Position numbers and translations under genes: made by a program. 64,000 nucleotides of DNA, from contig CDMY01001040.1 of the NCBI GenBank assembly GCA_001179505.1, positions 155,056-219,055 on the forward strand, read 5' to 3'. Shown one piece after another: positions 1-10,570 of the stretch. Source of the DNA: Vitrella brassicaformis CCMP3155. Taxonomy: Eukaryota; Protista; Chromerida. The notes under the pieces were generated by a model that did no database searches, was not told the DNA's origin, and worked only from the letters and a program-made list of their open reading frames with translations. Numbering within the stretch: position 1 is the first letter of the stretch; every line of letters starts with the position of its first letter.

Positions 1-389
1 TGGAGAAACTGGAGGAGGTACCTACGTGGCAAATCGACAACGAGTAGATTGCTGGTGGCCGCGTGTATGTGTGTGTGTTGGTTGGTTGCCTGTGTGCCTG
101 CCTGCCTGCAGCAAGCTATTGACGGGGCGGCGTTGGCGGGGACGACTGAGGAGGATTGGAAGAACCTGTGGGGCGCGTCGCTGAAGATGGGACCCCGCAT
201 CAAGCTGAGGCAATGGGTGAAGAGTGCAAGACTACATGGGGTAAGTCAGTGTGGCTGGCACGCGACAGACACATAAATGCCACCAAGGACAGGCACACAT
301 CGATAGCTCACCTACCACTCTGTGTGTGTCTGCAGGTGGAGGTGCCCCAGTCGAGTGCGTCGAAGGATAACAATACCGCCATGCAGTGA
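1..389 (+). CDS. 3' end of a SAM-domain protein (5' part outside window); exons ..17, 112-240, 336-389
   Basis: Spliced translation EKLEE|QAIDGAALAGTTEEDWKNLWGASLKMGPRIKLRQWVKSARLHG|VEVPQSSASKDNNTAMQ*. GT-AG introns, both phase 0. IDG..L...L...G.R.K pattern of SAM domains. Confidence 0.75.
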
Positions 390-1354
390 CAGCCCACCGG
401 TGGACCACAATCGAACGCACATACATGGTCAGCCCTCTGGCGTATTGTTTTCCCGTCAGCGGCGGTGTGTGTGTGTTACTCTCAGATCATTACTACACTG
501 TCCCCGTTTCCGCTGGCTGGGCGATGCGACGACCGGCCCCACCCTGACTGATCCCTTGTTTGTGTGCACAGCAATACATGTTGGAGGGGCGAGTCCATCT
601 CACTGCCTTTGTCTGCTGACCGATTGACTGACGATGGGCCTTCATTGTGCATGTATGTGTTCAGTTCATGTGTGGCGTCAATCTATCGGATTCATCCCAT
701 CCACGTGCTGATGGGTGTGTGTGTATCTGGCGACCGACATTTTCTCGAGTGTCCGTGGCCAAAGGTATCCTATCCTGCCTCTCGTGTTCGTGTGTGTGTG
801 TGTGTCTATCGGAATATAAGCGTACTTACGTCCACACGTACATTTGTCAACCAACGGAGGTGAGCGAGCGAGCGGGTGGGGTCGGGCGGCGGTATGCGGT
901 GCGTTTTGCCATCCCTCCCTCCCTCCACAGCTCAGATCAACCTCGGTGTGTCCATCGGTGTGTCCTGACTGCGTACCGCTTTAATTTATGTATCCGTGTG
1001 TATGTCTGCCGATGAGATGAGTTCTCGTTGTCCATACCGGGGGGTGGGCGGCTGGGTGAATAGATGCCTGGCGTGGCGTGTCGTGGGTGCGTTTTTGTCG
1101 TGTCGATCGGAGCGTGGCAGCCAGGCGCTATAGACGACGTGTGCAGAGCAGAGACGCGTGCATCCCAAGTGATATACTCATACATGCATGCGGTTGAGCA
1201 GTTGATGGGTCCGCCAGCCATGGCGCACATACAAATCGCATCAGTTTGCTGGCCTATTCGGCCCACCCAGCCAGCTGCTCTGCAAATGTGTGCATGTCAT
1301 GTATGTCAATCGCACACTAGATGTGTGTGATGCCCTGAATGCCTTCCCCCCCCC

Positions 1355-1654
1355 NNNNNNNNNNNNNNNNNNNNNNNNNNNNNNNNNNNNNNNNNNNNNN
1401 NNNNNNNNNNNNNNNNNNNNNNNNNNNNNNNNNNNNNNNNNNNNNNNNNNNNNNNNNNNNNNNNNNNNNNNNNNNNNNNNNNNNNNNNNNNNNNNNNNNN
1501 NNNNNNNNNNNNNNNNNNNNNNNNNNNNNNNNNNNNNNNNNNNNNNNNNNNNNNNNNNNNNNNNNNNNNNNNNNNNNNNNNNNNNNNNNNNNNNNNNNNN
1601 NNNNNNNNNNNNNNNNNNNNNNNNNNNNNNNNNNNNNNNNNNNNNNNNNNNNNN
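1355..1654. other. Assembly gap (300 N) flanked by C homopolymers and (TC)n
   Basis: Seen directly. Confidence 1.
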
Positions 1655-1659
1655 CCCCC

Positions 1660-1695
<36 letters not shown>

Positions 1696-2410
1696 CCCCC
1701 TCTCTGTGGCCGGCCCGGCCATGCACTCACTGCACCAAAGGCACAACCAACCAACCCACACGCATCGCATACACATATCGGCCGGCGCCACACCAATAGA
1801 ATTACACGCGCGCCAAGCCAAACACCCACCCGTGTAAGTATGAGAGTAGCTGGCTGGCTGGCTGGCTGGCTGGCTTCATAAATATACATACCACTTAGTG
1901 TGCGTCACGTACGGATGCCATGCAGCACGGCACGGCACGGCACGGCACCAAAACGTGTGTGCATCGAATGAATCGATGGACAGACATGTCCATGTAGCTG
2001 GGCAGCTTTCACGTCACGTCACGTCATGCATCGATTCGATCGGTCACCAAACAAAGCACACGCCATACCATACCATGCCATGCCATGCCACATGCATCCA
2101 TCGCCCGATAAGATAGATAAAGTCGAGCATGATGCATGCCATGGCTTGGAGACGTCCACCTGGCCACGCCTCGCCTCACCCCACCCCGCCAGCCAAGTAA
2201 TCCAATGCAACCAACAATCAGTCAGCGAATTGATTTGTGCTATGCTACCTACTGCATCCATCGGTAATGAAGAATGAGAGTGCCCCGGGCAATACCCTAG
2301 GCAAAAATCGCTCCAGCAGTATGCCGCCCTCCCTCCCTCCCTCCCTGAGTGAGAGTGAGTGCGGCAGATAGATAGACACCTCATGCGTGTCTGTCGTGTC
2401 CCAATCCTAC

Positions 2411-5400
2411 CTACGACAAAGGCACCTCCACCTGAAGCCACCCACCACCAACACACAACCACACACAGACAGACAGACAGGGATATGACGTACTGACGAC
2501 CCCATCAGCCTAGCTGGCCAGGCCGCCTGCTTCGTGTAAGTGTACCCCACCCACCCCGTCTCTTTTGGAGTCATTGATCCACTTGGAGAGGAGGTTCCTG
2601 AGGAGCAAGACAAGACACGACACGACGCGCGATGAGATATCTAGATTTGTGGAGGCTTGGCGAACAGACGAGATGCGTGCGTGCATCGAACGAGCTTACC
2701 GCAGTCCGAATTCCTCCATCCTGACACATTCGCACACACACACACACACACACGCAGAAAGAGATGCTTAGCTCCCTCCGTGTGAGTAGGTAGGTGCTGT
2801 GTGCGGGGCGTTACTTGAGCTCGGTGGAGAGTTGGCTCTGCTGGAGGCTGCTCAACGCATTGCCGTCCAGCCGTTGCTGCAGTAAGTGAGGCAGGCCATG
2901 CCAGGCAACACAAATGGTGATTGAAGTGTAAGAGGTGGGTGGGCTACGTGCGGTGCCTCGGTCGGGTCGGTTTGCGTACCGTATCGACATATTTGATGAG
3001 CTCGGCCGCCAGCGGCCTGGTGCGGCTCAGGTGGCTGAAGACAGCGCGGACCTCATCCACCGACAGCTCCTCAAGTCTCTTCTTGATAATGGTGCCAGGT
3101 GGACTGGCAGCTCCAGCACCACCTGCAGCACCACCTGCAGGTGAGGCAGCAGCCGAGGCAGGCTGCCCCTGTGTATCGTCCAACCCTGACAGCAGGCAGA
3201 GCAGAGCAGACACAGAACGTCATGACAAATCCATTCGCTGACTCGCCACGTCATCCCTCCCCTCCCACCTGTCTTGTGTTTCTTGTGCTTAAGATCACTG
3301 TCAGCACCGCCGTCCAGCCCCCGCTTCGCCCCTGCACCCCCACCACCAGCGACGCCGTTCCGTCTGTGACCGCTGGCTGCCGACCGTGCATCCGACTCGC
3401 TCGCGGCCATCTTCTCATCCACAGCTGCGCACACACACACACATTCGCATATACAGAGGAGCAACCGACACAGAGGGAGGTGATCGTCAGGCGGCTGCCA
3501 CCGAAACAGCTCCCTCCCTCTCCCTCTTTGTACCGATCTGTCTGTTGGTCTGTCTCGTCCGTCTGTAACGGCTCCCGTCGTAGCGCACAATCCTCTGGTC
3601 ACCGTCCACGATCATGGTGGCATCCGTCGAGCTGATGAGCTGACCGAACTCCTCCCTCTGCGCCTCCCGCAGCCTCTCCACAAGCCACTGCGACACCTCC
3701 CACTGGTGCTGGCCTCCTGACGGGTTGCGATGAAAGTCTCCCTCGATATAAATGTCGCTTCCGGGGCCGAAGGGGCCGATGCGCGCGACGACCGCCTCCT
3801 CGTGGCTGCTTGACGGGTTGTGCTCCAATCGCGCCTTGTCCTCGAGGCCGTCGTAGGCCGCGTCGTGCTCTGCAGATCGCGGATCGCACAGCCGATACCA
3901 TAGCTCCTGACATTGGGCAACTTGCTCTGAGATGGAGGTGCAGGGACGCTTGTGGTCGGTCTTGCCGCGCTTCGGTCGGGTCAGTCGGGAGGACGCTGTG
4001 GGTGGAGATGAGCGGGGAGCTCGACGGAGTGGCGAGGAGGGCAGCCCGCTGTTGAGGCCCTTGCGCTTGCCACCCTTGCCGGTCCCCTTGCCACCTCCCA
4101 ATCCCTCCTTGGCCCAACCCTTGCGCGCCTCGCGCGTCTCCTGGAGGACTTGAATGGCCCTGTCGCCCTCGAGCTTGACCTCGGTGACGGTATATTGGCT
4201 GGGGAGGGGCCCGACAGCTCCCCAGCTCTCTGCTCGCTTCATCGTTCGCTGGATCTTGAGCCGCAAGTTGTTGTTGTACCACTGCTCCTTGCCTCGGGAG
4301 GGATCCCGGTGGACGTCGGCCTGCACGTAGTAATCCCTGTTGGCACCGAAGTGGAACGGGCCGATGGTACATGTGACGGCCTCCTCGTGCTTGCTGGCCG
4401 AGGAGTTGTCCGCAAAGTACGCCTCCACACCAGCAAACAGGTCACCGGTAAAGATGCCGCCCTCCGACTTGGATCGCCACAGTTCTCGGACCTCCTCGAC
4501 GATCGCCTCCCTCTGTCGTCTCGGTGGTGGGGCTGTGTGGGGCGCTCCAGGCTGCTGGACGGGGGGCGATGCAGGCCGTCCCGCCTCGCTGGCAGCAGCT
4601 GCCGCACTGGCCGTTGGTCTCCCTCCAGCGTCGCCTGCGGCGTCACGCCGCTGGGCAGGGTCGCTCTTGGCCACCAGGATGCGCTTGCCGTCCATCCAGA
4701 CCTCGTTGAAGCCACCCGGAGAGCTCTGACCCGTCCGCGCCCTGTCGTGGGCCCGTTGGATCTTCTCCTTCAACTTGCTGAAGTACCATCTGGAGTTGCT
4801 CTGGCTCGGGTTGCGGTACACCTCGCCCCTGATGTGGTATGTGCCCAGGATGGGGTCGTTGAACGGGCCAACGATGACTGCACACACGCACAAACACACA
4901 CACACACGCTCAGACATCAGATACGGCGAACAGCGACACATCTGTCTGTCCATCTATCTTTTCCGTGTTGCGTCGGTCCATACGTACCAGTGACGGCCTC
5001 CTCGTGATGGCTGGTGGGATTGTGGACGCACTCGCACTCAAGGCCGATGAACATCTCCTCAGACGCCTTGCACTTCTTGTGGATGATGTCCCTGACCTCC
5101 TGCTCCATCTCATGAGGTTGGCGGCGCTGTCGAGGCTGCGATGACATGGCCAACTTGGCGTCGATGACGGGGAGCTTGTGCTTGCCATCCGCCGGGCGGC
5201 CCTTTTTGGTGCTGTTGTTGCTCCTCCTGCCGTGGGGGTTGTGGCTGAGCACTCGTCTGCCGCGCAACGTGACGAGGGAGTGCACGCCCGAGTTGAAGCC
5301 CGCGTGAATGCGCAGCCTGGTCCTGCGTGCGGCTGATTGCAGAGAGCCGAACTCCCACCACTGCTTCTTACGATCGGTCCGCTGGTACACCTCCGCCCGG

Positions 5401-8400
5401 ACATAGAATTCCTCCTCGTGCTCTCCATCGACCTTGCCACGGAACGGGCCGATCTCCACCACTACTGCCCTGGAATGCTTGCTCTTGGAGTTGTACGTGA
5501 AGTCTGCCTCCAGGCCGGCGAACAGCGCATCGTACAAGGCGCTCCCGTCAGTGGTCTTGGCCTGCCAGGCATCCTTGACCTCGGCCACCGCAGCGGCCAT
5601 TTCCTCCGGTGAAGGCTCATTTGGCCGGGGCGATGCGGCCTTGTCGTCCTCTTGTCTGTCGGCCATCTCGACATCGCGGTGCTCACCAGCCGCCCCCCCA
5701 TGGCCATCCTCACCATGACCAGCGGCCTTGTCAGGCGTGTATCGGTCCGGGCGAGCGGTGAGCCGTTTGCCTTTTGGCCGGTTGGCGATGGGCTCGTCAT
5801 CGCTGTCAGCCTGACCCCCGCCTATGTCGACGTCGAGGGGTGACTCGGAAGGGGGGCGGGGCGAATCACGGGATTGGGGTGGGGAGGCCGACTCGTCGGC
5901 GGCCATTGGACGATCAACGGGTTCAGTCGGCAGCTGTTTGGCATCACCACCAGCGGCAGCGGCAGCAGCAGCCACACTGCTCCCGGGCGTCTCCTTCGCG
6001 TGTTCAGCATCGTCATCGTCCGTCATGGCGTCTCCATTGTTGCCCTTGGGTGAAGCGTCAGGAGCTGGTGAGCCAGAGGGACCAGGCGAGGGATCTGCGT
6101 CGGCCTTGGGCTGCTGGCCGCTCTCCCCTGCGGACCCGTCACACCCCTCGGGCCTGACAAGAGCAGCCATGTGACCATGAGGGGCGGCGGGCCCCACATG
6201 AGAGGCACGATGGTTCTTCTCCTCGTCCTCGCTGGCGCCACCGTGCTCCCAGGCATCCAGAGCTCCCTGCAGGAGGTTATAGGTCTTGCCCGCCACATCA
6301 GGCCCGCCCGCCTCTGCCTCATCTCGGGCACCGTCGCCCTCACCCTCACCCACGCCAGGCCGCTGCCCGTCATGGCCCATCTCCCCTCGCATGGCCGTGT
6401 CGGCATCGTCACTCGCATTCTTCTGGACCGGCATCTGGTGTGCTGCCTCGGGCGGGTCGAGACTGTCGAATGGATCAACAGACGGGGACGACTCGTGACG
6501 GAGGGCGTCGACATGGCTATTGGGGGCCTTGCTGTCCGCCTCACTCTGAGGCAGGATGGGAGGGGGAGCCGGCACACGAGGAGGAATGTCGTCAGTGAAC
6601 GTCGTTCCATCATGCGCAGCACTAGGGGCCTCCAGCAGACGGCGAGATGACATGGGATGATCAGTTGGCTCCTTCGGCGGCTGCTCGCCATCTGGGTGCG
6701 TCTCGACAGCCACGCCGACGGAACGATCAGCCTCCAGTGACCCCCCAACGGCCACGGGCAACCTGCAGGCACCACACAGACAGAAGGAAGTTTTCCATAG
6801 GAAGTTTTCCAAAGAGATGGCCTAGGTGAGGTGCAGTGAGTGCGTCTGGCCACCCGCGGGCGCAGCGCACCTGGCCTCGTCGACACTACTGTTGGGCTTC
6901 TCTTCGGTGCACTCATTGTCCTTGCTGTCCGTCGGCATGGGACCTCCACTGTCGCCCTTGGCCGTCAGGCCATCCGCCACCTCAACAGCATCGGGCTGCT
7001 TGCTGCGCTCTCCTTCGGCAGAAGCACCCACGCTGTCGTGGGGGCCGGCTTGCGTAGCGGATGAACGATGCTGCGGCTGCGGCTGCTCTGCATCCATCGC
7101 ATCTCCATCCTCAGGGGGGCCATGGTCTTGGATGGCCGTGTCGGGCCCGACACACGCATCGGCGAGCACAGGCTTCTGATGCGCCGACATGGGTGGGGGC
7201 TGCTCGTTGTCTTGTGGACTGACTGACGGTGGGGGTCCGTGACTGGTAAGTGGGGCCATGGCGGTAGCTCCGGGTGCAACGTTGACAGCAGGAAGCCCCC
7301 TCGGCTGGGTGCCCGCATCTCTGACCTTGGCTTCCTGTTTCTGACACGGTGAATGAGCAGCACCCTCGTCCGCGGCCTCGTCCTGCCTCATCGTCTCGCG
7401 TTCCAGGTTGACCCGGGAGGGCCGTGCCGCTTTGAGGGTCGCAGGTGCCACGTGATGCGGGGGTTGCGGAGTCGGTCGAGCTTTGACCTTCTTGTCTCTG
7501 TGCTCTGCGTGTCTGTGGTCTTGGGGCTGCATGAGGATGTCACTGGCGTCCCAGCCCACACGTCTGTCACCTGCTGACAAAAGCCAGCAACGATAGATAC
7601 AACCAACTGACATGGATGTGTCAGGCCTGTACTCCCTGATGTGCGTTGGTGCATGCGTACCCACCCTGCTCTGATGGGCAAAGATCCGACACCGCCTGGT
7701 CGCCAGAGGCAGATTCACCACCGCCACCAGCCGCTGCCCCCTGGGTAGCTCTCTCAGCCGGTCGCTGCTGGCCGCGAGGACGAGGGGGGCTTATGACGGC
7801 CTGGACGCCCCCACCTCTGCCTCTGGCACTCCCCTCCATCAAGGCATCCTGCAGCTGGTCGATCGCCGGCCCCCGATCCCGACCCCGCCCGCCACGACCC
7901 TGCCGCTCGGCTGCATTGCCGTCGGGCTCGTCATCTGACAGCTCGATACAGACGGGCGGCTCCTTGTTGACGGAGGGGGCCGCCGCGGTGGTGGCGCCAG
8001 TCTGCTGGGCATTGCTCGTGAAGGGTGGCCTGTGCGCAGGCGGCGGACGGGGCGGGCCTCTGAGGCTCCTCATCGGAGGCCTCATTGGTAAGGGGGGTGG
8101 CGAGAATGGGGGCAGGCTGGGTGGTGAGAATGATGGCGCGTTGGGGGGCCTGTTGGTCGCAAGGTGAGAGGGCGGAGGGCGCATTGGCATCCTGAGATTC
8201 ATCGGGTCTATCGTCGGCGGTCTCAGACTGACAGTAAAGACACCTCTGCCGCCAGCCGAGAGAACGCTCTTGTTCGCCGTTGCAGGCCGCGAGATGGGAG
8301 GGCCTTGATTGCTGGCATGCTGTGGCTGCAATGGCAACGCTCTCCCAGCGAGGAGGCTTTCCTGCCGCGACGCCCCGGCCGCCCCCTGCCGCTGCTGCTG

Positions 8401-10021
8401 CTGCTGCTGCTGCCCATGTCGCGGGCGTGACTCCTGCGATTGCTGGGTGGGGGACTGAGGCATCGTAGAGAAGACACTGGGAGGGGGCTGCTTGCGGCTG
8501 TGATCCATGGCCGCCGCCGGTGTCGGTCTGGCTGCCTGTGCCGCCTGCCGCTGCTGTCCCGCCCCTGATGCTCCTGTTACAGTCTTCTGGGCAGCCGGCG
8601 CGGTCGCTGTCTGTGGAGTCGCCTGACGGGACGGCCCTCCCTCCTCGACCTTGACGCGCACGCCACCCGTCTTCTGCGTCGGTACCACACCGCCGTGTCC
8701 ACGTCCATTTTGACCCTTGTCGCTCCCGTCAGCCGGCTCCTCCTTGACGTCTCGACGCCAGACGGAGGGACAGTTGCGAGTCGGCCTCCCAGTGGACGTC
8801 AGGCTCCCAGAGGGGCAGCCGCTGTCCTGGGACGCTGGTCGATGGAGTGCGGGTCGGTCGGCCGCTCGCTGTGATGCACCTTCCTTGGACTGCCCTCTCT
8901 CCTGCGATTTGCCCATCGACACTCTCTTGTCATCCCGTTGAAGAGGTGGCCTCGCCTGCTGCTGCTGGTGGTGGTGGTGGTTGTGGTGGTGGGTGCCGGG
9001 GGCTGGTAGAGGGGGCAAGGCAAGCTGTGGCTGCACTTGTTTGTACTTGTGGATGAGGGTGCTGAAGTTCCAGCTGGAGTCGGGTGACGTGCCAAGGGGT
9101 GGGCGGGACACGGACGCTTTGATCGTGATCGGGGCGCCGCCATCCTTCGTGGCCAACGGTCCCAGCGTCACTGTGCAGCTGTCGCCGTCAGCTGCGGTCA
9201 CCCTGACCTGCCCGTCCGTGAGATGACAGATACACCTGAAGTCGGGGTCCTTTGAGCTGCACTTGGCCACCAGCTCATCCAGGCAGTCTCGCTCGAGGCT
9301 CGAGCTGGCTGGTGTCCATCCCGAGTAGCGCGCGGCTTGCGTGGGAGGCTTCTTGTGGCCTGAGTTGTGCTCCGTCTTGATGACTGCAGGTATGCCGACA
9401 GGACCAGGAGAGGCAGAGGCAGTGCGAGGGGGAAGATGGCGGGCGAAGGGCTTGTCATAAGGGGGGATGGGGTGAGGAATCGGACGGCCACGGACACTTC
9501 CAGCTGCCTGCACACGCCACGCAAACATGAATGATGACAACACAACAGCGTAGCGTATGAGGGGCTGTCGGTAAGGTAATATGGTGTGGTCCAGCTGCCT
9601 ACCTGAGGAGTCGCCTCGTTGGCCGGAGCGTGGACACCAGCCTTCCCCGCCGCCGGCAGGGCAGCACCGTGAGCGTTCGGTGGGCGGCAGCCGGTTGGCC
9701 GCATCCGTGCCGACGCTGCTGACGCCACAGGAGGCTGGTGAGAGCCTGGTGCAGCCATCACCGTGTGTGTGTGGCCCTTTGGGTGTGCGGCTGGTGGAGG
9801 GCTTGTGGCGCCAATGCCCAGCGAGGGCAAGTGGAGGTTAGGGACGTCTGGTTTGGCGTGGATGGCGGCTCCAGCATCCACAGTCCGACCGCTCCCTGAG
9901 CCATACACACAGACACAGAGCGAAAACAGAAGATCCACCACGGCTCAATGCCAACGGACCGAACAGTGTGAGTAGCACGTGCGCCGCGCCCACCTGTGGC
10001 ATGATGCCGCTGTGCGTCCAT
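2411..10021 (-). CDS. Large (~2,200 aa) multi-exon protein: disordered N-half, five copies of an unrecognised ~120-aa domain, C-terminal SAM domain (family member B)
   Basis: ORFs 9198-9941, 7621-9543, 6822-7727, 4917-6812 and 3487-4953 join through phase-compatible GT-AG introns (e.g. 4987-4878). Start is MDAQRHHAT at 10021. Terminal exons read KKRLEELSVDEVRAVFSHL..ELIKYVDT|QRLDGNALSSLQQSQLSTELK|MEEFGLR|NLLSKWINDSKRDG|VEVPLS*. Confidence 0.75.
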
Positions 10022-10570
10022 CCCTCGCGACGACTATCTGTGTGGCTGACGTCTCGCCCTGGGGAAAACAACACTACTATGTATGACCTTGTTTCATCAT
10101 CCCGCTGCCGTCACGACGGACTCACTCACAGATCCTTCCAGGAATCAGCAAATCCTCTGGCATCTCATATCCGCATCGTTCCACGGCGAGCCCTAAGCCC
10201 CGACAGCCAAAAACTGTTGACTCTCGTACGCTTGCAAAGTGGGTGTTTGCGGTGACCGAGTGAACGAGTAGTAGTGACTCGATTTGCACTGCGGGCCGCT
10301 CCGTCGTAGTCGACTCAGTGCGCTTGTTCTCTGCGCTCATTCGTTGTTTATCACTGTCGTTGAGTGATGCTGATGCACACAATAGTAAATCGCAGGTCAA
10401 ACATCCACGCAGATCGAAAAACAGTCACGTCGTGGACAGCAACGTCGTGACAAACACAGATGCACACACACACACACACACACACTCACGTGCACACGAG
10501 CAACGATGTGCATGCGCATGGCTTCATGGATGGATGGATGGATAAAGCACACGAACGACTGTCGATGCCG

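Noticed and set aside
1241-1889. ORFs spanning the N gap (also those across 43275-43574 other than the ccdA exons)
   Set aside because: Artefacts of translating N runs.
400-2400. ncRNA or tRNA genes in long intergenic stretches (also 54000-55150 and 57400-58600)
   Set aside because: No tRNA, snRNA or rRNA signatures recognised by eye; mostly microsatellite-rich UTR-like sequence. An Infernal/tRNAscan search would be needed to exclude them.
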